A stretch of 64,000 bases of DNA, from positions 152,379 through 216,378 of the forward strand of contig JAXHMH010000002.1 of the NCBI GenBank assembly GCA_034521515.1, read 5' to 3'. This document shows, one piece after another, positions 10,638-19,720 of the stretch. This stretch comes from Candidatus Saccharimonadota bacterium (GTDB lineage: Bacteria; Patescibacteriota; Saccharimonadia; Saccharimonadales; JAXHMH01). How positions within the stretch are numbered: the first letter of the stretch is position 1; the number at the start of each line of letters is the position of its first letter. Under the pieces are notes generated by a model. That model was not told where the DNA came from. It saw only the letters and a program-made list of their open reading frames with translations, and did not search any database. The translations under genes and the position numbers were made by a program.

Positions 10638-13600
10638 TTAGTACCTCGCCCTGTACTGGAAGCTTATATCCCCTACCCGGGCATAATTACCGTCAGTTGC
10701 AGTTAATCGAACTCTAAATACCACGACATCTCCGGCGGCTATATTACAGTCTTTTTCGTTTGCATTTAGTGCTGTTAGCGTCCAACTTCCATCCGCTGTC
10801 GCCGCGTTAGTCGTCGAACCACACTGTGTGCCATCTGCACCGAACAATGCCAGCTCCACTGAATCATTAACGGTGCTGCGCCAACCATACATCTTAATCG
10901 TGTCGTTTGAGATAAACCCGTCAAAGTTGCTCGGCATCTGATGTCGCACATAAATATCATAGTCCTGTGCAGTGCCTTGATCCGTAGTCCAGCTGTAATA
11001 GCTATGTTCGTCATTTGCATCTGCGCATACACCCAGGTTGGTGCTCCGTAGCGCACTGCCAGAACAGAAGTCGCTGGTCATCGTGCCCAGGTTGCTAGAA
11101 CCATCTGCCGTAATAGTAACTCCTGGATATTCTGGTGTTAATGTTGCTCTACCCGTAACTCCCGATTTTACGCTGCGGCTCCCCAGGCCAGCCCGTGGGG
11201 TGTACTCGGTGGTATCGTCGGCTATGCCGTTGAAGCTGATCCAGCCGTAGTTCTCGCTCCAGGCGTAGCCGGTGTATTCACCGGTGTCTGGGTCGTGTGT
11301 AACACCACCATCGGTTGGATCAAAGTTAATCCAGCCAGTGGAGGTGTTCCAGGCAAAGCCGGATAGCTCGCCAGTAGCTGGGTTACGGTTGACACCGTAG
11401 TCTGTTTCATCAGTGTTTAGGTAGGTGTGTTCACCGCCTCCTGTGTAGGTGCCAAAGCTAATCCAGCCGGTGGTTTCGCCCCAGGCCATGCCCTCTAAGT
11501 GGTCTGGGTAGACCCGTACGTCATAGATGGTGCCAGGCTCTAGGTTAATCCAGCCGGTGGCAGCGCTCCAGACATAGTGGTGTTCGCCATCTGAGGTTGG
11601 AGATACATCAAGTTCACCGCCAGTGAACTTCGGTGCATGAATAGTAGTGGTGCTTTGTAATTCTTGTTTGTCCTCATCATAACTAATCACACTTTGGTCA
11701 CCCGACCCAATACTTATACTACCCGACACGGTTATGTTTCCAGTAAAATTGCTGTGACCAGCAACCTTTAGTGCATCACCGTGCACAACCTCTTTAACAG
11801 CAACTCTATCATCGCCATCTTTAGCTACAGCTACAAATTTATTATTACCGTAAGTGATAGACTTCCATTCATTCCACGCCAAATCATCAACGTATTCGTA
11901 AGACCAGTTTATACCATCTAGGCTTGTAACAAAATTTGCATCCCAACGCGATACAGCAACAAACTTGCCTCCCCCGTAAGTGATAGACGAGAAGTCCATC
12001 ATGTAAGAAAATATAGCCTGTGACTGCTCCCAGTTAACCCCGTCACTAGAGACCAGTGCGTAAGGATGGTTGTACCCGCTTCTAAGTGCCACAAAGACAC
12101 CGTTACCATATGTTATTTTGTTAACTAAAGGGAGATCCGATGGAGTATTGTCTGTCCAACTCACTCCGTCTGTGGATACCATAATGCCATTATAAGCCAC
12201 CGCTACGAAGCGGCCGTTACCGTAGCTGACGGATCCCCAGGAGTTTTGTTCGGCAGCTGTTTGGGCGGTCCAGGTTTCGCCGTCAGGACTGGTCATAACG
12301 CGGTTGGTGCCATCACTGGAAACTGCCACAAACTGGTTATTACCATAGGTGACGGATCCCCAGGAGTTTTGTTCGGCAGCTGTTTGGGCGGTCCAGGTTT
12401 CGCCGTCAGGACTGGTCATGACGCGGTTGGTGCCGTTATCTGCAACTGCTACAAATGTGCCGTTTCCGTAGGTAACGGACTGCCAACCATTAGCTTCAGC
12501 GGCGGCGTGGGCGGTCCAAGTTTCGCCGTCAGGACTGGTCATGACGCGGTTGGTGCCGTTATCTGCAACTGCTACAAATGTGCCGTTTCCGTAGGTAACG
12601 GATTCCCAGTAGTTCTGTTCGGCGGCGGTATGCAGCGTCCAGTTGGTTTTGTCCACAGGTACTCCCTGAACCAACAACTTAGAGTTAGACGTATTGATAC
12701 CTCCTACACCAACATTCATTGCCGATGTGTCGGCACTTAACAAAGGAACGTTACTGGCATCTTGCACGATTAGCGCATTTTTTGAGGTAGCAGCAATAGT
12801 GTTACTTCCCTTAAATCTATTGTTGCCATTAAACTCACTACTGCCCTGTATATGCAGCGCCTTACCTTCAGCACTGCTGACCATAGTTTTACCCTTAGAA
12901 GATACTGCCACAAATGTGCCGTTACCGTAGGTGACGGACTGCCAAAAGTGTAGTTCAGGCGGGGCGTGGGCGGTCCAAGTTTCGCCATCTGGGCTGGTCA
13001 TAACGCGGTTGGTGCCGTCATAAGAAACCGCCACAAATTGGTTGTTGCCATATGTAACAGATTGCCAGGAGTTCTGTTCGGCAGCTGTTTGGGCGGTCCA
13101 AGTTTTGCCATCTGGGCTGGTCATAACGCGGTTGGTGCCGTTGGCTGCTACGGCTACGAATTGGTTGTTGGCGTAGGTGACGGAACGCCAACTGTTAGCT
13201 TCGGCAGCTGTTTGGGCGGTCCAAGTTTCGCCATCTGGGCTGGTCATAACGCGGTTGGTGCCGTTGGCTGCTACGGCTACGAATTGGTTGTTGGCGTAGG
13301 TGACGGAACGCCAACTGTTAGCTTCGGCAGCTGTTTGGGCGGTCCAAGTTTCGCCATCTAGGCTGGTCATAACGCGGTTGGTGCCGTCATAAGAAACCGC
13401 CACAAATTGGTTGTTGCCATATGTAACAGATTGCCAGGAGTTCTGTTCGGCAGCTGTTTGGGCGGTCCAAGTTTCGCCATCTGGCGATGTCATGACGCGG
13501 TTGGTGCCGCTGTTGGCAACTGCCACAAACTGGTCATTACCGTAGGTGACGGAACGCCAAAAGTTCTGTTCAGCGGCGGCGTGGGCGGTCCAAGTTTCGC

Positions 13601-16600
13601 CATCTGGGCTGGTCATAACGCGGTTGGTGCCGTCACTGGAAACTGCCACGTAGATGCCGTTTCCGTAGGTGACGGAATTCCAGAAATTTACTTCTGTGGA
13701 AGCGTGAGTAGTCCAGGTTTCACCACCTGATCCATATGTAAAGCCCGTTGCATCTACGTTTAGCCGTACTGAGGAGTTCCTACCACCAATGCCGACACTA
13801 CCTTTACCTTCTCCATACGAATTGACAAGTACATCCAGTTGGTGAAGTAACGGTGTAACAGATGTATCAGACGTGGATAAATTGGCTCGTACCTGTAGTT
13901 GACCGTCGGAGAGGTCAATACCATTTGTAATACCGGGTAATGAGCCGCCGCTGGTGAGGCTTTGCCAGCCACTGCCCCAGCTAACACCACCGTCAACCGA
14001 TACACGTGCCTCTAGCTCGAGCGTCGTATTAGCAGGTACAGTATCGACCCAGGTAACAGTGGAGCCACTAGCAATATCTACACCAGATAAGTCATAGGTC
14101 TCGGAAGTCCAACTACCAGTGCTCTCATATATTGGCTGGTTGGTATTGACCACCACAGCATCCAGCGCCATATCACTATCAAAACTGCTACCGGTCACGC
14201 CCTTAAACCGAATTTTTGTTGTACCCGCCGGAAAACTGACGTTAGCACTGTTCCAAACATCTGTACCTTGGTCTCCGATCACACTCCACTGCTCGCTCCA
14301 ACTGACACCATTATAACTTTCCAGCGACAATTCCATTGTCGTGTTGTCGTACATATTATAATTAAAATCAACGCTACCCCCGCCATGACTATCCATAGTG
14401 TACTCGATTAGAGCGGTTTGGGTCGGATAGTTGGAACCTGACGATTCAGTGTAGATGTACCAACTTCCATCGTAAGCTGCTGTCGGTCCAGTACCGGAAC
14501 TACCGGTGCCACCGCTATTACGGCTCCAGTCGAAATCATCGCCTGAAACATTAGTCCAGTTACCAAAGCCAGACTCAAAGCTTTCGCTATCCTCAATAGC
14601 TGGTGCTCCATAGGAGTTTACCGCCAGATTGACGCTACCGCCTACTGCATCCGTATTGGTTAGCGTACCTGTTTCCCACTCTGGCTGAGTAGTTTCAGTA
14701 ACATTAAAGTTGGAACTAGCGTTAACAGTTAAGTTGTTATTAAACAAGGATAGTTCTTGATCAACCGTGTCCTGGTTGAACAAATTAACACCTGAGGCGT
14801 TTTGGATTTGGAAGGCGGTTGGGGAGTTAGTGGTGTTTTGGATATTAACACCACCAGAGCTAGACCCTAGTACCAAGTTATTTTCTGTAGTGTCATAACT
14901 AATGACACCTTCGTTGCCTGCCGTACCTATATGTAGCGAGCCGGGACCAACAAACAGGTCTTGCCAGCGGGCAGTACTAGAGCCAAGACTGTAGGTGTTG
15001 TCAGTGCCGGGGAGTAGGTTGCCGTGTAGCACAGTGTCGCCCTGGGCGTTAACGGTTAGAGCATCGACAGTTGTGGTCGAGGTGTCCGTAGCCACAATAT
15101 TTGTGACTGTGGAAGTTGGGGAGTTGGCGGTGGATGCTGGGGAGCTGGTGCTGGAGGTTGGGGAGTTGGCGGTGGATGCTGGGGAGCTGGTGCTGGAGGT
15201 TGGGGAGTTGGCGGTGGAGGTTGGACTAGTGCATTCGCTTGTGCAGCCAGTAATATTGCCGGCTGCGTCGTATTTAGCCAAATAGGCATCAGCGGTACCG
15301 GCTCCATAACTATTGGTATATCCACCAGCTATGTAGCCGTCGTCATCAGTTTTAGCAACACTATAGAACCGGTCATTGGCGGTACCGCCAGCGGTACGGG
15401 ACCACTCTATACTGCCGCTATCGTCGTATTTAATAAGGTAGCCACTTTGGTTACCGGCACCGAAGCTATCGGTGTATCCAGCTGCCAGATAACTGCCGTC
15501 ATCGGCTTGAACGACGGAGTAGAGTGCATCAAAACCGGTGTCGCCGGCAGTGCGGGACCATTCTATGGTGCCGCTGCTGTCGTATTTGACTAGGTAAGCG
15601 TCATTACCACCAGCACCGAAGCTGTCAGTTCTTCCGGCTGCCAGGTAGCCGCCGTCGCTGGTTTGGATGACCTCAAGGAATCGGTCATTGCCGGTATCGC
15701 CGGCAGTGCGGGACCATTCTATGGTGCCGCTGCTGTCGTATTTGACTAGGTAGGCGTCATCGGCGCCGGCGCCGAAGCTCTCGGTTTCACCTGCTGCCAG
15801 GTAACCGCCATCATCAGTCTGAATAACGCTGAAGAATTGATCGTGCTGGGTGTCGCCAGCGGTACGTGACCACTCGATAGTACCGCTGCTGTCGTATTTG
15901 ACTAGGTAGGCGTTGTAGTTACTGGCGCCAAAGCTGATTGTGCTGCCGGCTGCCAGGTAGCCGCCGTCAGTAGTTTGTATAGCACTATAGAAGTAGTCCA
16001 AGCCTGTACCACCAGCGGTACGTGACCACTCGATAGCGCCGCTGTCATCGTATTTAATAATATAGGCGTCATTACTACCGGCACCAAAACTATCGGTTGA
16101 GCCTACAGCCAGGTAGCCGCCGTCGCTGGCTTGGATAACATGTTCAAAATAGTCTACTCCGGTATCACCAGCAGTACGGGACCACTCGATGCTACCGCTA
16201 TCGTCATATTTGACCATATAGCCGTCCAAACCGCCGGCACCGAAGCTATCAGTTCTTCCGGCTGCCAGGTAGCCGCCGTCGCTGGTTTGGATCACGCTGT
16301 GGAAACGATCATCTGTGGTATCGCCAGTAGCGAGCATAAAGGTTGTGGTCGCCACGGTTTGGTTGATACGTAAGGCATTTTGGTTTTGGTCGGTGTTTAT
16401 GATGGTAAGTTTGTCGGTTGGGGTGTTGGTGCCAATACCGATGCGTTGGTTGGTCGTATCGGCGGTGAGGATACTGGTGCCGGCGGCGTTTTGGATCTGG
16501 AAGGCGGTGGTGGAGTTGGAGGTGTTTTGGAATAGGGCTTGGCCGGTATTAGACAGGCTTAAGACTGTTTGGTTGTTGGCGAGGAGTTCTACGCCGTAAT

Positions 16601-19385
16601 TGTCCTGGGCGCCTATGACTACATTTGCACCGAATGTGTCACCACCTTGACTGATGTTGCCACTGGTATCTGTCACACAATCTAGCCAGGCACCGTTTTC
16701 GTAGCAACGGAAGGTGTTGGACGTGGTGTCGTAGTACATAGCACCGTTGACGCCGGTTGGGGAAGAAGAGTCAGAGCCAAGCACAAGGGCAGTGCCAGAA
16801 CCAAGAGATATGCGGTTATTAGTAGTGTTAGCGGTCAAGAGATTGGTAGTACCTGCGGCGTTTTGGATTTGGAAGGCAGTTGTAGAGTCTGTTTGGTTCT
16901 GGAATAGAGCCTGGCCTGTGACATCTAAGCCGGCATCTATAGTAACGGATGAGCCTGATTGGCTTATCATTGAATCTATTATGGTGTTGTTGTCATCAAA
17001 CACTGGGATAGTGCCGGCCGTGCCTGCATCTTCCACCCAAGAAATATGGATACTGCCATCACCTTCATTGCCTACCGAAGCCGTACCTCCAGCTGGCATA
17101 AGCGATGAGCCACCACCGCCAGCACCACCGCCACCGCAGCACGTTCCCGTACCCCCACCGGCGCCGCCGCCGTAATAGCCGCCGCCGCCGCCGCCGCCAG
17201 AATAGTAGTGATTAACAGCGTCACCACCCTGACCAAGGCTACCCGAACCGCCATCACCGCCACCGGCACCTCCGGCAGACTGCGTGCCGCCGCTACCACC
17301 AGGTTCACCACCTGCAGTTTGGCCATCATAACCATTGATGTCACCGCCATCACCGCCCAGTTTAGTACCATACGAACCACGACCGCCACCACCGCCAGCG
17401 ACCACCACACGATCTGTTAGGTCAGTCCCTCCTCGTCGTATGTCTGATGCGCCACCACCGCCACCACCGGCAGAAAGAGCACCACCAGCTGAACTACCAC
17501 CACCGTTCCAACCACCGTCTTTTACATCCGAACTACCCCCTTGTTCTCCAACATACATGTAGATTGTTTCCCCGGGAGTGACCTCGATAGTGCTAGTGAT
17601 AATTGCACCTGTACCACCGTTACTTGTAGCACCAGCAGCTCCCCTAACGTCCACGAACAATTCTGTTATACCCGCTGGTACGACAAACGGCTGTCCGTAT
17701 TTTTCGTGCTCAAAGGTTTGACTACCAGCCTCTCCCGGAGTTAATACAAATGTACCTGTCGTGTTGGGGAGTAAGTAGGCTTGATCCGCAGTCAATGTAG
17801 CCGATTGTATGGTCGCGCCGTAATTACTATAGCTACCGTCACCCAGCGTCAACAGGCCTTGCGTAACTGTGCCGCTGCTGGCGATCCTGCCTAGTGTCAA
17901 CCGTGCACCTGTTTCATTAAACGACGCGTTGACATTACCGTTGCTATCTTGCAGTTGTAATAAATCGGCGGTTTGTCCTGATGTGCCCTGAACAAGCAAA
18001 CCAGTATTGGCGCTTCCGCCTGTGGCAAGCGCGGTCTGAGCCGAGCTGTCAGCAGTGGAAAGCGTGTTTACACTGAGCGTGTTTGCCGGAGCAACGTTAT
18101 TTATGCCTACCTGCCCGGTGTTTGAGACGGTCATACGGATGGTGTCGTTTGTCTTGAAATTAACGTCACCGTCATTAACGGTACCGAGTACCATGGCAAC
18201 GCTGCCGCCAAGATCATTGCCACCTTGCAATATATCGCCGTAGCCTGCGGTACCCCCGATACAGTTGCCGGCAAACGTACAGACATTGTCACCGCTTTGC
18301 TGCAAGGTGCCGGTAAAGTTGGCCGTGGTGGCGTCATACAGTGCCACGTTCGAGCTTAGTCTGGCATCGGCCAGGGTGCCGGTGGTGATGTTGTCGGCGT
18401 TGAGGTTAGTAAGGAGTGAGCCGTCGCCGCTGAAGCTACCGGCGATGATGGTGCCGGTAAGGTTGATGTGGCCGGTTTGGGCGGTACCAGGAGTGGTACT
18501 TTGTAGCTCCACAAAGTCACCACCGCTGCCTCCCCCGTCATTAGCACAGAGTAAGACTCCAGAACTGTTGGTGGTTAGCTTACCGCCATTGTCGTAGGTG
18601 GAGCAGTCGAAGTCTTGCAGGGTGATGGAAGTGCCGTTAATAAGCAGGGTGTCGGCGGCGTCGTTGCCGAGGATGGTGTTACCGTTGACGGTTAGGTTGC
18701 CGCCTACAGTGGTGTTGTTGGTGACGTTCAGAGCCGTACCACTCGCACTGAGGGTGAGTTGGCCGGTGAAGGTTTGGTCACCTTGCAGTAAGGCTATGGT
18801 ACCACTGGCATCAGGTAGCAGGATTGATGGGTCGTTGGTGATGGAGCTGAAGTTGAGGGTGCCGCGGTTGGTGCCGTCGTCTTGGTTGAGTTGGCCGGCA
18901 CTGAGGGCGTGGGGTATGGCGGTTAGTTTGATTCTGGGAGTCATCTCACCATCCCAGGTGGGAGAGCCAGTACCGCCAATGTTCATACTGAGCCACAGGT
19001 CTTGATCCCAGTTGATATCTGGCAGGCTGGTGACGGAACCCAGGTTGACGCTGAAGTAGCCGTTGCGGACGGTGACTTGGTCAGTGCTGGTGCGGGTTTC
19101 GCGCCAAGCACAGCTGCCGGAACAGCTGCCTTGGGCGCCACCAGTGTTGGTGGCATGGTCGTGTAGTTTGAATTCTAGGTTGTAGGTACCGTCAGGCACT
19201 ATGTTGCCGGTACTGTTGTACAGACGGGCTTGGAAGTTGAGGTATTCACTGGTGGCGGCAGAGGTGGATTGCAGGGGTGGAATTAGGATAGACCAAACAA
19301 ACAAAAACAGCACAAACAATAGCCCTGATAGCCAGAGCTTGGCTGTGTTGAAAGGTAGGCGGTGTGACCGCTGTTTTTGGAACAT
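10638..19385 (-). CDS. Giant multidomain surface protein, paralogue C (about 2915 aa from the proposed start; the ORF extends to 19532)
   Basis: The start is placed at ATG 19385 (MFQKQRSHRLPF..) because the paralogues start at the equivalent point after the same CA-rich leader. Domain map, N to C, approximate nt: TM anchor LWLSGLLFVLFLFVWSILIPPL; shared N-terminal module (19.25-18.85 kb); fibre repeats; Gly-rich domain GAAG..GGWNGGG..GGGGGGASDIRRGGT..RVVVAGGGGG (17.70-17.04 kb); 7 x 52-aa SBBP-like blades (16.33-15.24 kb); Ser/Thr/Pro linker; MAM domain FESGFGNW..DDFDWSRNSGGTGSSGTGP..DMALDAVVV (14.60-14.14 kb); 7+7 blades W.SVTYGNG.FVAV..GTNRVMTSPDGETW (13.73-11.80 kb); four GW repeats (11.59-11.23 kb); C-terminal beta-sandwich. 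Confidence 0.9.
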   Translation of the reverse strand: MFQKQRSHRLPFNTAKLWLSGLLFVLFLFVWSILIPPLQSTSAATSEYLNFQARLYNSTGNIVPDGTYNLEFKLHDHATNTGGAQGSCSGSCAWRETRTSTDQVTVRNGYFSVNLGSVTSLPDINWDQDLWLSMNIGGTGSPTWDGEMTPRIKLTAIPHALSAGQLNQDDGTNRGTLNFSSITNDPSILLPDASGTIALLQGDQTFTGQLTLSASGTALNVTNNTTVGGNLTVNGNTILGNDAADTLLINGTSITLQDFDCSTYDNGGKLTTNSSGVLLCANDGGGSGGDFVELQSTTPGTAQTGHINLTGTIIAGSFSGDGSLLTNLNADNITTGTLADARLSSNVALYDATTANFTGTLQQSGDNVCTFAGNCIGGTAGYGDILQGGNDLGGSVAMVLGTVNDGDVNFKTNDTIRMTVSNTGQVGINNVAPANTLSVNTLSTADSSAQTALATGGSANTGLLVQGTSGQTADLLQLQDSNGNVNASFNETGARLTLGRIASSGTVTQGLLTLGDGSYSNYGATIQSATLTADQAYLLPNTTGTFVLTPGEAGSQTFEHEKYGQPFVVPAGITELFVDVRGAAGATSNGGTGAIITSTIEVTPGETIYMYVGEQGGSSDVKDGGWNGGGSSAGGALSAGGGGGGASDIRRGGTDLTDRVVVAGGGGGRGSYGTKLGGDGGDINGYDGQTAGGEPGGSGGTQSAGGAGGGDGGSGSLGQGGDAVNHYYSGGGGGGGYYGGGAGGGTGTCCGGGGAGGGGSSLMPAGGTASVGNEGDGSIHISWVEDAGTAGTIPVFDDNNTIIDSMISQSGSSVTIDAGLDVTGQALFQNQTDSTTAFQIQNAAGTTNLLTANTTNNRISLGSGTALVLGSDSSSPTGVNGAMYYDTTSNTFRCYENGAWLDCVTDTSGNISQGGDTFGANVVIGAQDNYGVELLANNQTVLSLSNTGQALFQNTSNSTTAFQIQNAAGTSILTADTTNQRIGIGTNTPTDKLTIINTDQNQNALRINQTVATTTFMLATGDTTDDRFHSVIQTSDGGYLAAGRTDSFGAGGLDGYMVKYDDSGSIEWSRTAGDTGVDYFEHVIQASDGGYLAVGSTDSFGAGSNDAYIIKYDDSGAIEWSRTAGGTGLDYFYSAIQTTDGGYLAAGSTISFGASNYNAYLVKYDSSGTIEWSRTAGDTQHDQFFSVIQTDDGGYLAAGETESFGAGADDAYLVKYDSSGTIEWSRTAGDTGNDRFLEVIQTSDGGYLAAGRTDSFGAGGNDAYLVKYDSSGTIEWSRTAGDTGFDALYSVVQADDGSYLAAGYTDSFGAGNQSGYLIKYDDSGSIEWSRTAGGTANDRFYSVAKTDDDGYIAGGYTNSYGAGTADAYLAKYDAAGNITGCTSECTSPTSTANSPTSSTSSPASTANSPTSSTSSPASTANSPTSTVTNIVATDTSTTTVDALTVNAQGDTVLHGNLLPGTDNTYSLGSSTARWQDLFVGPGSLHIGTAGNEGVISYDTTENNLVLGSSSGGVNIQNTTNSPTAFQIQNASGVNLFNQDTVDQELSLFNNNLTVNASSNFNVTETTQPEWETGTLTNTDAVGGSVNLAVNSYGAPAIEDSESFESGFGNWTNVSGDDFDWSRNSGGTGSSGTGPTAAYDGSWYIYTESSGSNYPTQTALIEYTMDSHGGGSVDFNYNMYDNTTMELSLESYNGVSWSEQWSVIGDQGTDVWNSANVSFPAGTTKIRFKGVTGSSFDSDMALDAVVVNTNQPIYESTGSWTSETYDLSGVDIASGSTVTWVDTVPANTTLELEARVSVDGGVSWGSGWQSLTSGGSLPGITNGIDLSDGQLQVRANLSTSDTSVTPLLHQLDVLVNSYGEGKGSVGIGGRNSSVRLNVDATGFTYGSGGETWTTHASTEVNFWNSVTYGNGIYVAVSSDGTNRVMTSPDGETWTAHAAAEQNFWRSVTYGNDQFVAVANSGTNRVMTSPDGETWTAQTAAEQNSWQSVTYGNNQFVAVSYDGTNRVMTSLDGETWTAQTAAEANSWRSVTYANNQFVAVAANGTNRVMTSPDGETWTAQTAAEANSWRSVTYANNQFVAVAANGTNRVMTSPDGKTWTAQTAAEQNSWQSVTYGNNQFVAVSYDGTNRVMTSPDGETWTAHAPPELHFWQSVTYGNGTFVAVSSKGKTMVSSAEGKALHIQGSSEFNGNNRFKGSNTIAATSKNALIVQDASNVPLLSADTSAMNVGVGGINTSNSKLLVQGVPVDKTNWTLHTAAEQNYWESVTYGNGTFVAVADNGTNRVMTSPDGETWTAHAAAEANGWQSVTYGNGTFVAVADNGTNRVMTSPDGETWTAQTAAEQNSWGSVTYGNNQFVAVSSDGTNRVMTSPDGETWTAQTAAEQNSWGSVSYGNGRFVAVAYNGIMVSTDGVSWTDNTPSDLPLVNKITYGNGVFVALRSGYNHPYALVSSDGVNWEQSQAIFSYMMDFSSITYGGGKFVAVSRWDANFVTSLDGINWSYEYVDDLAWNEWKSITYGNNKFVAVAKDGDDRVAVKEVVHGDALKVAGHSNFTGNITVSGSISIGSGDQSVISYDEDKQELQSTTTIHAPKFTGGELDVSPTSDGEHHYVWSAATGWINLEPGTIYDVRVYPDHLEGMAWGETTGWISFGTYTGGGEHTYLNTDETDYGVNRNPATGELSGFAWNTSTGWINFDPTDGGVTHDPDTGEYTGYAWSENYGWISFNGIADDTTEYTPRAGLGSRSVKSGVTGRATLTPEYPGVTITADGSSNLGTMTSDFCSGSALRSTNLGVCADANDEHSYYSWTTDQGTAQDYDIYVRHQMPSNFDGFISNDTIKMYGWRSTVNDSVELALFGADGTQCGSTTNAATADGSWTLTALNANEKDCNIAAGDVVVFRVRLTATDGNYARVGDISFQYRARY
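11225..11590 (-). repeat. Coding GW repeats (4 units: YVWSAATGWINL, GMAWGETTGWISF, GFAWNTSTGWINF, GYAWSENYGWISF)
   Basis: Read from the ORF translation. An almost identical block occurs in the decayed paralogue at about 50475-50895. Confidence 0.7.
11800..13735 (-). repeat. Two arrays of seven 41-aa (123-bp) Asp-box-like blades (W.SVTYGNG.FVAV...GTNRVMTSPDGETWTA..AAE.N.), separated by a fibre segment at about 12.65-12.88 kb
   Basis: Seven units counted in each array from the translation. The adjacent units 13119-13241 and 13242-13364 are identical apart from one base seen by eye (ctgggct vs ctaggct). Confidence 0.8.
15111..15224 (-). repeat. 42-bp tandem repeat (about 2.7 copies) encoding the Ser/Thr/Pro linker ..STANSPTSSTSSPA..
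   Basis: On the plus strand, ggaRgttggggagttggcggtggatgctggggagctggtgct is repeated head to tail (units at 15111, 15153 and a partial one at 15195). Confidence 0.85.
15240..16335 (-). repeat. Seven 52-aa (156-bp) SBBP-like beta-propeller repeats (D.F..VIQT.DGGYLAAG.TDSFGAG..DAYLVKYD.SG.IEWSRTAG.TG.)
   Basis: Seven units counted in the translation. The motif resembles the Pfam SBBP (seven-bladed beta-propeller) repeat, recalled from memory. Confidence 0.7.
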
Positions 19386-19711
19386 TTGTTTTTGTTTTGT
19401 TTTTGATCTACACGTTTTTTGTATTTTTGTTTTGGTAGATCTAGGGTTTAGTATGGCGGAATCTGGGTTGTATGACAAGAGGTATTCAAGGGAAAGCAAA
19501 GTCAGGTCTACGACAGCCGACAGACAGTGCAAATATACTGGTTCTTTGTGACATTATAGTTGTGATTTTTACATCCTTAGTTTCCAGATAACGGGGTTAA
19601 ACTGCAGGTTTAAATTAGTGTAGTAGCAAATATAAGATGACATGATATGGATGGGGTCGGTAGCACGCAAACAATGCACTAGCGCCCAAAATTGAACACA
19701 TAATGTATAAG

Positions 19712-19720
19712 TTATCCACA
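19712..19720 (+). promoter_or_regulatory. TTATCCACA motif, copy 2, about 330 nt upstream of ATG 19385 and just downstream of the rplU terminator
   Basis: taaGTTATCCACAGga. On the minus strand it sits between TTGATT and TATACA (TTGATTtttccTGTGGATAActTATACA, 16-nt spacing), a possible promoter. Confidence 0.5.

Noticed and set aside
12246-13730. Plus-strand ORFs inside gene C (12246-12740, 12966-13361, 13407-13730) and Pro-rich ORFs over the Gly-rich region (16747-17175, 17335-17562; also 52450-52758 in D)
   Set aside because: They are antisense or off-frame translations of highly repetitive coding DNA. The minus-strand frame gives one continuous 2900+ aa protein with recognisable domains.
11800-13735. 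Regular 123-bp and 135-bp tandem repeats considered as a possible CRISPR array
   Set aside because: The units abut without unique spacers, are far longer than CRISPR repeats and lie in-frame inside protein-coding genes as propeller blades. No cas genes are present.
19386-19532. Upstream in-frame extensions of gene C (to 19532), of gene D (to 54397) and of rpsA (to 41050)
   Set aside because: Paralogue comparison places the conserved start at MFQKQRSHRL after the CA-rich leader. For rpsA the AAAGGAGG motif fits ATG 40951. The extensions remain formally possible.
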